Positions 10,085 through 18,539 of a stretch of DNA of 64,000 bases are shown one piece after another. How positions within the stretch are numbered: the stretch's first letter is position 1; every line of letters begins with the position of its first letter. The notes under the pieces are model-generated. The model did no database searches, was not told the origin of the DNA, and was given only the letters and a program-made list of their open reading frames with translations. The translations under genes were made by a program, and so were the position numbers. The DNA comes from Candidatus Eiseniibacteriota bacterium (lineage in GTDB: Bacteria; Eisenbacteria; RBG-16-71-46), in NCBI GenBank assembly GCA_963717935.1, contig CAVQXP010000002.1:320001-384000 (forward strand). The letters run 5' to 3'.

Positions 10085-10974
10085 GCCTCGACGCTCCGCG
10101 CCGCTCCGGCCGCTTCGGTCTGCGCGGCGGGGGAGCCTTCCCACAGGGGCCGGAAGATGCACCACTGGTCGAGGTGCTCCCGGATGTGCCGCTCGGAGAT
10201 GGCGGCCACCTCGGCGTTCAGAGCCGCGGTGTGGGGGAAGCGCGCGGGATCGAGTGCCGGCTCCATCACGATGCGGAACCGACCGGGGCCGAGGCGCTCG
10301 CAGTAGCCGCAGATGATGAGTGCTCCAGTGCGCTGGGCGAGCACGCCGGGACCGGCGGGAAAGCGGGTCTCGCGCCCGAAGAACTCGACCGGCACGCCGT
10401 GGCTGTAGATGTCGCCATCCACCATGAGTGCCACCAGGTCGTTGTGCTCGAGCGCGCGGAGCAGCTTGCGGAAGCCGTCCTCGGGGGAGACCGTGTGAAT
10501 GGCCAGCTCCGACTTGGTCTCGCGCACGGCCGGAGCCAGCCAGCGGCCGAGCTGCACGCCGGCCACCGCGTGCATCGTGTAGCCCCAGTGGGCGAGCACC
10601 ACGGCGGCCAGCTCCCAGTTGCCGATGTGCGTGCAGGTCAGGATCACGCCGCGTTCCCGGGAAACCGCCTGCTCGAGGTGCTCGCGCCCCACCACCTGGA
10701 CCGAGCGCAGCAGGCCCTCCCGGCTCAGGTGGGGCAGCCGGAAGAACTCGAACATCATGCGGTTGTAGCTGCGCATCATGCGGCGCACGACCTGCAGGCG
10801 CTCGCGTCGCGAGGCGCGGGGCATGGCGGCCGTCAGGTTGGCCAGCGCGGCGTGACGGCGGGCGGGGAAGAAGCGGAAGTGGACCTCGGTGAGGAGGTCG
10901 GCCAGGGCATAGCCCAGCCCCAGGGGCATGCCCGCGACGAGCGCGGTGAGCCAGCCGTAGACGAGTCGAGACAT
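10081..10974 (-). CDS. Lipid A/phosphatidylinositol-mannoside-type acyltransferase (HtrB/PatA family)
   Basis: GVILTCTHIGNWE, ALMVD, VEFFG and HLDQWCIFRPLW family motifs. Confidence 0.88.
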   Translation of the reverse strand: MSRLVYGWLTALVAGMPLGLGYALADLLTEVHFRFFPARRHAALANLTAAMPRASRRERLQVVRRMMRSYNRMMFEFFRLPHLSREGLLRSVQVVGREHLEQAVSRERGVILTCTHIGNWELAAVVLAHWGYTMHAVAGVQLGRWLAPAVRETKSELAIHTVSPEDGFRKLLRALEHNDLVALMVDGDIYSHGVPVEFFGRETRFPAGPGVLAQRTGALIICGYCERLGPGRFRIVMEPALDPARFPHTAALNAEVAAISERHIREHLDQWCIFRPLWEGSPAAQTEAAGAARSVEA

Positions 10975-11030
10975 CCCGTTCCCCACTCCCTGCTCGCTGA
11001 CGGCGCGCGACAGGCCGGCCGAGCAGGCCG

Positions 11031-11060
11031 AAACTACTTTCCGGCCGGAAGGGATGTCAA
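11031..11060 (-). promoter_or_regulatory. sigma70 promoter for the acyltransferase-GT4-MFS operon
   Basis: Minus strand TTGACA-N18-TAGTTT; spacer holds a perfect palindrome TTCCGGCCGGAA (11039-11050). Confidence 0.6.
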
Positions 11061-11150
11061 GCATCAGCCCGCCGCGTCCTGCGGCTCCGGGGCTCCTCAG
11101 TGCGCGACGGGGCATGCACTTGCGCGCCCAAGACCTCACGCTCAGAACCG

Positions 11151-11179
11151 TTGACCGGGCACGGCGGGCGGAATAGGAT
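11151..11179 (+). promoter_or_regulatory. sigma70-type promoter
   Basis: TTGACC-N17-TAGGAT upstream of ATG 11236. Confidence 0.55.
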
Positions 11180-11235
11180 GCCCTCTGGCGTCCGAGATGC
11201 CGGAGGTCCGCCCCGACCTGCGGGAGGGTTGCATC

Positions 11236-11659
11236 ATGGGCAGTCAGAAGATCATGCGTTGCGAGATCCGGCGCGTCGGCAGCACCGGGCCGATGACGCG
11301 AGCGGTTCGTGCCCCTCGAGATCTTCGGCCTGTGGGAGTACCTGATGACCCACAAGCACGACTTCGAGGTGCTGAACGCGCGGGCCTCGCTCTGGCTCGA
11401 CATGGAGGATTCCCCCGACTCGGCCTACGGAGAGACCCAGTTCGAGCGGGTCACCGAGGTCACGGCCTTCGTCTACTCCGAGCGCGACGGGATGTTCACG
11501 CGGGCGCGGCGCTACTTCGCCAGCGACCGCTGCGAGGAGCTCAAGCGCATCTTCCTGAGCCACTACGAGAGCGCGGGCGGCCGCCTGCAGCCCCACCTGC
11601 GCGAGCGCCCCGGCATCTTCCTGCACCGGGAGAGCGCCCTGGTGGAGGTCGACCCCTGA
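11236..11659 (+). CDS. Hypothetical protein (~140 aa; probable frameshift near 11290-11308)
   Basis: GGGAGG RBS then ATG 11236 (MGSQKIMRCEIRRVG); coding-like frame 11309-11659 (PLEIFGLWEYLMTHKHDFEVL...). Confidence 0.7.
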
Positions 11660-11838
11660 CCGGGAGGCCGCGGCCACCGCGCGCCCCGCCGCGAGGCCGG
11701 CGGTCGCCGCTGGCGGGGGCCCGCCGCGGCTCCTCACGGCCGCGCCCCGGCGGCCTGGACCCGCCCCGGACCGTCCCGGGCCCGTCGCCGGGCCGGCGGC
11801 CCGCGCCGGCCCCGCGCGGCGCCGCCCCTCCTTTTCGC

Positions 11839-11867
11839 TAAGGGAACGCCCGCCGCCGCGCCGATAA
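11839..11867 (+). promoter_or_regulatory. Candidate sigma28 (FliA) promoter upstream of mglA
   Basis: TAAG-N17-GCCGATAA; perfect -10, spacer 1-2 nt longer than the TAAA-N15-GCCGATAA consensus. Confidence 0.5.
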
Positions 11868-12142
11868 GTCCCTCTGACAGGGTGGCGCTCCGCATCGTGA
11901 CGTTCACCTGTCCGGCCGCCTCGAGCGATCAGGACAGGGCTCCGGGCGGGCGATGCAGAGCGCTCCCAACCAGCGTGGCGACCCCATCCGGCGGGTCCGG
12001 CCGTCCCGATCACGGGCCTTCGTGCCCTGCGATCACCAGGACGGATCGTCCGCCCTCAAGGTCCCTGTGGAGAAAGGGCGGCAAGGGGCTCCATGGGATC
12101 CGGCTTTGTGACAGGGTGGGGTCGCACCAGGAGGGACGCGCC

Positions 12143-13191
12143 GTGGTTGTCGTGAGCTACTCGGGCAAGGAGATCAACGCGAAGCTCGTCTACTACGGGG
12201 CGGGCTTGAGCGGCAAGACGACGAACCTCGAGGCCATCTACGAGGCGGTGCCCGATACCAGCCGTGGCAAGATGGTCAGCATGAAGACGCAGTCCGACCG
12301 GACGCTCTTCTTCGATCTGCTGCCGCTCGACCTTGGCGAGATCATGGGGTTCAAGACCCGCTTCCTGCTCTACACGGTGCCGGGCCAGGTGTTCTACAAC
12401 GCCACCCGCAAGCTCGTGCTCAAGGGAGCGGACGCCATCGTCTTCGTCGCCGACAGCGAAGTCGGCAAGATGGAGGAGAACAAGGAGAGTCTCGCCAACC
12501 TGAAGACGAACCTGGCCGAGTACGGCCTGAGCCTCGACGAGATCCCGTGGGTGATCCAGTACAACAAGCGCGACCTGCCCAACGTCTACTCGGTCGAGGA
12601 GCTCGACGCCGAACTGAACGACGGCGGCAAGGTGCCGAGCTTCGAGGCGGTGGCCACGACGGGCAAGGGCGTGTTCGAGACCTTCCGCGGCGTGTCGCAT
12701 CTGCTCATGGAGAAGGTGACGAAGGACCTGCGCCGCACGCCGTTCGCGAGCGCGGCCTCGCGCCCGGTTCCGGGCGGTGTGGAGGCTCAGGCGAAGTCCG
12801 AGCCATCCCGCACTCAGGCTGCGTCGCCCCTGGCGCCGCCAGTGGTCCATCGCGCGCGAGGCCCAGGAGACCGTCGCCCGCGAGATCGGCAGCGCGGCGG
12901 GCGTCGACTACGGGCGCGAGATCGACTCTTCCGGACGAGACCGCGCCGCGGCTGAAGGCCGTGGCCGCCGCCGCCGGTGTCCCCGCCGCTCCCTGTCGTG
13001 CGACGGCCCCGGCACCCGTTGCCGTCGCGCCGGCAACGGCGCCCGCCTCCATCCTTGCGGCTCCGCAGGCCGCGGTCGTCACCGCAGACGCCCGGCAGGC
13101 CGAATCCGACGAGCTCGTCGTGCCGGTCACGGTCACCCGTGGCTCCGCACGGGAGATCGTCCTGCGCATCGTGCTCAAGGTGGAAGGCTGA
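12143..13191 (+). CDS. mglA: MglA-family small GTPase with Ala/Pro-rich C-terminal extension (frameshifts in the extension)
   Basis: EINAKLVYYGAGLSGKTTNL, DRTLFFDLLPL, LYTVPGQVFYNATRKLVLKGADAIVFVADS, QYNKRDLP, EAVATTGKGVFET; tail ends ...REIVLRIVLKVEG at 13191. Confidence 0.9.
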
Positions 13192-13266
13192 CAGGACCTT
13201 GACGATTGCAGACGGGACCCGCCGGCCGTGCCGAGCGGGTCGCGATCGCCGCGGGCCACAACCTGG

Positions 13267-13295
13267 TTGACACCCGGCCCCCGGGTTCTTAACGT
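13267..13295 (+). promoter_or_regulatory. sigma70 promoter giving a probably leaderless mRNA
   Basis: TTGACA-N17-TAACGT; ATG 13302 begins 7 nt after the -10; no SD. Confidence 0.65.
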
Positions 13296-13301
13296 CGAGC
13301 C

Positions 13302-13767
13302 ATGAACCCACTCCGGATCGCAGTGCCCGCCCTGGTGATCGCGCTTCTCGCCGCCCTCCTCAGCGGCCCCGCGGCCGCGGGTGCCATCGGCGGCTCGCCG
13401 CTCTTCAGCCCGCGCGTCCCGGTCAGCGCATTCGGCCTGGCCCGCAACTGGTTCGACCCTTCGCGTCTGCACGTCTCGTCCATGGTGAGCGTGGGCTCGT
13501 CGAGCTGGGGTTCGCGGGGCACGAGCGCGCTGCAGGTGACGACGCTGAGCTACAGCTTCAAGGCTCCGGTCGCGATGAGCGTGAGCCTGGGCAACGCGTG
13601 GGGAGCCAACACCGCGCGCAGCGCGGCAGTCGTTGTACCTCCAGGGCTTCAGCCTCGCGTACCGGCCGAGCCACGCGACGCAGTTCCAGATCCAGTACCA
13701 GGATCTGCGCTCGCCGCTGCAGTACCAGCAGCCCGGTTTCGGCGCTCCGGGGCGTTGGGGTTACTGA
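13302..13767 (+). CDS. Hypothetical exported protein (frameshift near 13630)
   Basis: Signal-peptide-like N-terminus; WFDPSRLHVSS; continues in another frame as LQGFSLAYRPSHATQFQIQYQDLRSPLQYQQPGFGAPGRWGY*. Confidence 0.7.
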
Positions 13768-14074
13768 GGCTCCCGGGGCCGCGTCCACGGCCCGGGCCCG
13801 CGGCCCGCGCCGCATCGCTCCACTGCCTGCCCCGTTCGCGCGGGCGTCGGCCCGCGCCCGGTCGTGGCTTCCGCGCAGCGGGGGCCGGACCCCTAATCCC
13901 ATGGCGCGCAGGGGAATCGGTGGGGGCAGACGAGAAGAGGTCCCGCGAGCGCCGGGGTCGGCCGACCCCGGGTGCGTGGGCCGGGGCTCGAAGAGCTTCT
14001 CCCTGACGGCGGTTCCGGCGCTGCCCGCGCAAACGGGACTTTGAGTGCCCGGCCGATTGTGGCTATTCTCGCGT

Positions 14075-14101
14075 TAAGTCGTCTGCAGTCCAAGCCGATA
14101 C
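14075..14101 (+). promoter_or_regulatory. sigma28 (FliA) promoter for csrA-flgM
   Basis: TAAG-N15-GCCGATAC, canonical spacing. Confidence 0.75.
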
Positions 14102-14156
14102 GCTAGGTGATGAAGGGGTGACGGCTGCCCCGTAGAGGCGCGGAGGTAGCTCCAAG

Positions 14157-14406
14157 ATGCTGGTCCTAACACGGAAGTTAGGCGAGAACATCCGGATCGG
14201 GGACTCGGTCAAGATCACCGTGCTGGAGGTGCGCTCGGGCCAGGTGAAGCTCGGCATCGAGGCGCCGCCCGATGTGAAGGTCCACCGCGAAGAGATCTAT
14301 GCCCGCATCCAGGAAGAGAACCGTCGCGCGCAGCGTGGGAAGCCAGGCGAGCCGGAACCGCCGAAAGCCACGGGACGATCCGGGCGGGGCGAGCGGCTCC
14401 CGCTGA
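14157..14406 (+). CDS. csrA: Carbon storage regulator CsrA (3' end uncertain; stop probably lost to a frameshift)
   Basis: [63 protein letters not shown]. Confidence 0.95.
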
Positions 14407-14480
14407 TTCGCGCGCCGGCACGGCGGACGCCGGGAAGGCGTCCGGGGCCGGTTCCTGCGGCGGGCGCGGCAGGAGGAGTC

Positions 14481-14679
14481 ATGGACCAGCGGTTCGCAGA
14501 GCCGCGGGCACATCCGGCTGGTGACCGTCACGGACGGGAAGCGCTCCCGTGGCGAGGCGGGTGTGCGCTGGTCACGGGTGAAGGCCGCGCGCGCGCGGAT
14601 CGCCGCCGGCTTCTACGACCGCGCTGACGTGCGCGAGAAACTGCTGGACGCCATCCTGGACGAGTTGACGGACTCCTAG
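14481..14679 (+). CDS. flgM: FlgM-like anti-sigma28 factor (not in ORF track; one frameshift near 14490-14510)
   Basis: AGGAGG RBS then ATG 14481; frame from 14521 reads [52 protein letters not shown], fitting the FlgM C-terminal pattern V..(R/K)..I..G.Y...; sigma28 promoter upstream, fliA nearby. Confidence 0.7.
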
Positions 14680-14699
14680 GCGCCTCCTCAGGCGCAGAT

Positions 14700-14730
14700 G
14701 CCCGCCGTGACCCGGCGGGCTTTTCGTTTG
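14700..14730 (+). terminator. Intrinsic terminator after flgM-like gene
   Basis: GCCCGCCG-TGACC-CGGCGGGC followed by TTTTCGTTTG. Confidence 0.85.
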
Positions 14731-14770
14731 TGGTCCTCCTCTGCGATACTGCGCGCACGATGGAGCGTCC

Positions 14771-15997
14771 ATGCCGGTGAAGCGCGCGGCCCGCGCACGC
14801 GTCGAGGGAACGGCACCCGTGGAGGCCGCCGGTCGGCTGCTCATGGCCGACGTCGAGCACGGCGTGCTGCTGCTCGACCCGCGGGGCCGCGTGACGGCCG
14901 CGAATCCTGCGGCGCTGCGCCTGCTCGGGCTGCGGGCGGAGCACGGTCCGCGGGCGTGCCGCCTCCGGGCTCGTGCGCAGCGTGGTGCTCGGGGACGATC
15001 CGGTCGCCGAGACCTTCGGGGCCGCCACGACCGAGCGCGAGGTCCTGCTCGCGCCGCGCGGCGGGTGGCGAGGTGCCGGTGCTCCTGCGCGGCTTCCGCT
15101 TCGGGCGCCCGGCGCGCGTCCTGCTCGTGCTGCGCGATCTCACGCAGCCGCGCCGGATGCAGCAGGAACTGCGGCGCAACGAGCGGCTCGCGACCCTGGG
15201 CCAGCTCTCGGCGGGGGTGGCACACGAGATCCGCAACCCTCTGGCCGGCATCGGCGTCAGCGCGCAGGTGCTGCTGGGGCGCTTCGAGCCCCGCGACGCG
15301 CGCGCGCGCTTCGTGAGCGTCATCCTCGAGGAGGTGGCGCGACTCGACCGGCTGGTCACGAACCTGCTCCAGTACGCGCGCCCGCGGAGTCCGGAGCTCA
15401 GCCCCGGTCAGCTCGTGGACTGCGTGCGACGCGTGGTCGAGCTCTCGGCCGACTCGTTCGCCCGGGCCGGCGTGCGCGCGGAGGTCGAGGCGAAGCCGGG
15501 ACTCCGGTCGCTCTGGATCGACACGGACCTGGTGACGCAGGTCGTTGCTCAACGTGACGCTGAACGCGGTGCAGGCCATGCCGCAGGGCGGCACGCTGCG
15601 CTACGAGGTGCGCCTCACGCGCCGCCGCCGCGCGCCGCGCGGGCCGGGCCGGCGGGCCAGCGACGTGCACGAGCGGAGGGCCGCCGTGCCCGCCGCGCGC
15701 GGCGGGAGAGTGGATCGCCATCCAGCAGATTCGCGTGACCGACAGCGGCGTGGGCATCCCGCGCGGCGTGCTCGGTAAGCTCTTCGACCCCTTCTTCTCG
15801 ACCAAGGCCGAGGGGCAGCGGGCTGGGGCTTTCCATCTGCCAGACCATCATGCAGGAGCACGGTGGCTCGATCGAGGTCGCGAGCCGTGAAGGCGAGCGG
15901 CACCACCGTGCTCCTGGATTTCCCCGTGGAGAAGCGACATGGCGAAAGACGAGGCACCGCCGCGGACGCAGGCCCCGCACACGCTGCTCATCGTTGA
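14771..15997 (+). CDS. PAS-domain NtrB/AtoS-like sensor histidine kinase (several frameshifts)
   Basis: PAS GVLLLDPRGRVTAANPAA; H-box LSAGVAHEIRNPLAGI; LNVTLNAVQAMPQGG; DSGVGIP..LFDPFFSTK; GLGLSICQTIMQEHGG spread over frames. Confidence 0.88.
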
Positions 15998-17369
15998 CGA
16001 CGAGCGCTCGCTGCGCTTCAGCATCGGCGAGTGGGCGCGCGACGCGGGCTACCGTCCGCTCGAGGCCGAGGATGGCGGCGCGGCGCTCGAGCGCGTGCGC
16101 GAGCAGTCGGTGGACGCGGTCCTGCTCGACCTGCGGCTCGGGACCGAGGACGGGCTCGAGGTGCTCCGGCGGCTGCGTGCCGAGGAGCCGTGGCTGCCGG
16201 TCATCATGCTGACCGGGCATGGCTCGATCGAGCACGCGGTACAGGCCACCCGGCTGGGGGCCTTCGATTTCATCCTCAAGCCGCCGGACCTCGACCACCT
16301 GGGCATCGTGCTGGAGCGTGCGCTCGAGCGTGGGCGCCTGCGCCGCGAGGTCGAAGATGCCCGTCGCGAGAAGTTCCCGCCCATCATCGGCGCCAGCCCG
16401 GGGCTGCGCACCGCGCTCCAGCGCCTCGAGAAGGCCGGCAAGAGCGGTACCGCGACCATCATGGTGCGTGGCGAGACCGGCTCGGGCAAGGGGCTGCTGG
16501 CGCGCTACCTGCACGCGCACAGCGCGCGCGCCGACGGACCGTTCGTGGAGCTCAACTGCAGCGCCATCCCCGAGCAGCTGCTCGAGAGCGAGCTCTACGG
16601 GCACGAGAAGGGCGCCTTCACCGACGCCAAGCGCTTCAAGAAGGGGCTCTTCGAGCTGGCCGACGGCGGGGCGCTCTTCCTCGACGAGATCGGCGAGATG
16701 ACGCCGGGCCTGCAGGCCAAGCTGCTCCACGTGCTCGAGACCCGCACCTTCCGCCGCGTGGGCGGCGGGAGCGACATCACGGTGGACGTGCGCGTGATCG
16801 CCGCCACGCACCGCGACCTGCCGAAGGCGGTGGCCGAGGGCCGCTTCCGCGAGGACCTCTACTTCCGCCTCAACGTGGTGCCCATCGTGGTGCCACCGCT
16901 GCGCGAGCGCCGCGAGGACGTGGCGCTCATGGCCGAGCACTTCATCGCCCAGTTCTGCCGCGAGCTGGGCCGGCCGACGGCGCGGTTGCACCCCGACGCC
17001 CTGCGCGTGATGCTCGACTACGCTTGGCCGGGCAACGTGCGCGAGTTGCGGAACCTGATGGAGCGCGTCGTGCTGCTCGAGGCCGAAGACGAGATCCGGG
17101 TCGAGCACCTGCCGCCCGAAGTGACGGGCGCGCGGGGGGACGCACGCGCACCTGCTTCGGCGGCGAGCGTGTTCCCGCCGGGCGTGGTGCGTCCGCTGGT
17201 CGAGGTCGAGAAGCTGGCGATCGAGCACGCGCTGTCGGTGTGCGGAGGCAACAAGACGCTCGCCGCGAAACAGCTGGGCATCTCGCGGCAGACGCTGCGC
17301 ACCAAGCTCAAGGAGTACGCGCTCGGTGACGACTCGGACGAGGCGGCCGAAGGGCCTCTGAGCGACTGA
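15939..17369 (+). CDS. sigma54-dependent NtrC/AtoC-family response regulator (REC-AAA+-Fis HTH)
   Basis: LLIVDDE..LLDLRL receiver; GETGSGK, ESELYGHEKGAFTDA, LFLDEIGE, FREDLYFRLNV, WPGNVREL; GGNKTLAAKQLGISRQTL. Confidence 0.95.
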   Translation: MAKDEAPPRTQAPHTLLIVDDERSLRFSIGEWARDAGYRPLEAEDGGAALERVREQSVDAVLLDLRLGTEDGLEVLRRLRAEEPWLPVIMLTGHGSIEHAVQATRLGAFDFILKPPDLDHLGIVLERALERGRLRREVEDARREKFPPIIGASPGLRTALQRLEKAGKSGTATIMVRGETGSGKGLLARYLHAHSARADGPFVELNCSAIPEQLLESELYGHEKGAFTDAKRFKKGLFELADGGALFLDEIGEMTPGLQAKLLHVLETRTFRRVGGGSDITVDVRVIAATHRDLPKAVAEGRFREDLYFRLNVVPIVVPPLRERREDVALMAEHFIAQFCRELGRPTARLHPDALRVMLDYAWPGNVRELRNLMERVVLLEAEDEIRVEHLPPEVTGARGDARAPASAASVFPPGVVRPLVEVEKLAIEHALSVCGGNKTLAAKQLGISRQTLRTKLKEYALGDDSDEAAEGPLSD

Positions 17370-17777
17370 GAGGCTTCCGCCCGGGCGTCCCCTCGCCCGG
17401 AGTCCGGAGTGGCGGGTCCCCGTGTGCCGGGCCGGCCGCTCCACGCGCTCGGCGCTCGCCTCCCCGCACGCCCGGACCCGCCCCCGGCGACACGCCACGA
17501 CCGCGCGCTCGCCAGGTCCGCCCCGGCGGGCGGTCAGGAAGCGGTCGCGCTCCGAGCCCGGGCGGAACGAGGTTGGGCGGGCATCCTGCATGGCCGGCCC
17601 TGCCCGATGCGACGTGACGGAGTCGCAGACCCGGCCGTGAGGGGCCGGTCCCGCGCGCCAGCCCCGGCCCCGGCAGGCTTAATCCCGCGCCCCTGAACGA
17701 GGTGGCGGGCCTGCCGCCGGTGGTTCCGGCCCCCCTCCGGCCCGCGCGACCCACGGTTGTTGCGCCGGGAGCCCTGC

Positions 17778-17793
17778 TGGCACGCAGGGTGCA
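17778..17793 (+). promoter_or_regulatory. sigma54 -24/-12 promoter of the receiver-sigma4-flhG-fliA operon
   Basis: TGGCACGCAGGGTGCA: TGGCAC with GG-N10-GC spacing; ~400 bp of intergenic DNA upstream could hold an enhancer. Confidence 0.75.
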
Positions 17794-17829
17794 AATCGAG
17801 GCATCCGTCCCCAACGGAGACCCACGCTC

Positions 17830-18231
17830 ATGCCCCACATCCTGATCATCGAAGACGAGCCGAGCACCGCCTGGGCGTTGGCCGAGGGGCTCTCGGACGA
17901 CGGCTTCAGCATCGACACCTTCTCGACCGCGGAGGAGGCCTGGGTCTGGCTCCAGCACGGCCAGTGCGATCTCGTGATCTCCGACCTGCGCTTGCCGGGC
18001 ATGAGCGGTCTCGATTTCGCACGCAAGCTGGCACGCAGCCGCCAGACCCTGCCCGTCATCATCCTGACCGCCTACGGAAGTCCCGAGACCCTGCGTGCGC
18101 TCGCCGCCGCCGGTGTCTTCGAGTGCTTCCCCAAGCCCTTTGCCATGGACGCGCTCCGCCACGCGGTGCGCCGCTCCCTCCAGCGCGCGGTCGACCGCCG
18201 CGATGTGCGGCCGCGCCGCAAGGCCGCCTGA
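17830..18231 (+). CDS. Single-domain response regulator (receiver only)
   Basis: ILIIEDE, ISDLRLPGMSG, ILTAYG, PKPF. Confidence 0.92.
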   Translation: MPHILIIEDEPSTAWALAEGLSDDGFSIDTFSTAEEAWVWLQHGQCDLVISDLRLPGMSGLDFARKLARSRQTLPVIILTAYGSPETLRALAAAGVFECFPKPFAMDALRHAVRRSLQRAVDRRDVRPRRKAA

Positions 18232-18539
18232 TGCGTCCCCGCGTCGTTGCCCTGCCCTCACGCCGCTCCGTCGCGGTGCCCCGGCACGACCGGCGCGAGG
18301 CCGTGGCACGCGCCCTCAGCGGCTGCGCCGCGCGTGAGCGCGTGCTGCTGGCCCTGCTCCTCTTCGAGCGTCTTACACCCGCCGAAGCCGCGAGCGTGCT
18401 CGGCGTCCCGACTGCGCGCATCGAGCGTGCCTACGCCGCGCTGCTCGCCCAGCTGCGCGAGTTGCTCGGCGGCCGCGCCCCGCGGGCGAGCGTGCCGCGC
18501 TTTGCCACTCCGACCGCGCGCCTGAGGCGGGCGTCATGA
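18231..18539 (+). CDS. Stand-alone sigma70 region-4-like protein resembling the FliA C-terminus
   Basis: TGATG coupling; RERVLLALLLFERLTPAEAASVLGV aligns with FliA QERLVVALYYYEHLTLKEIGRTLGI. Confidence 0.75.
   Translation: MRPRVVALPSRRSVAVPRHDRREAVARALSGCAARERVLLALLLFERLTPAEAASVLGVPTARIERAYAALLAQLRELLGGRAPRASVPRFATPTARLRRAS

Noticed and set aside
11868..12142. c-di-GMP or other riboswitch in the mglA leader
   Set aside because: Could not match conserved riboswitch cores by eye; needs an Rfam/Infernal scan
14030..14059. Second sigma28 site (CAAA...GCCGATTG) upstream of csrA
   Set aside because: 18-nt spacer and weaker -10; the 14075-14101 site is much better
14157..14627. 156-aa extended CsrA or CsrA-FlgM fusion
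   Set aside because: A separate strong RBS and ATG at 14481 and the FlgM-like sequence in another frame point to two genes plus indel errors; not fully excluded without reads
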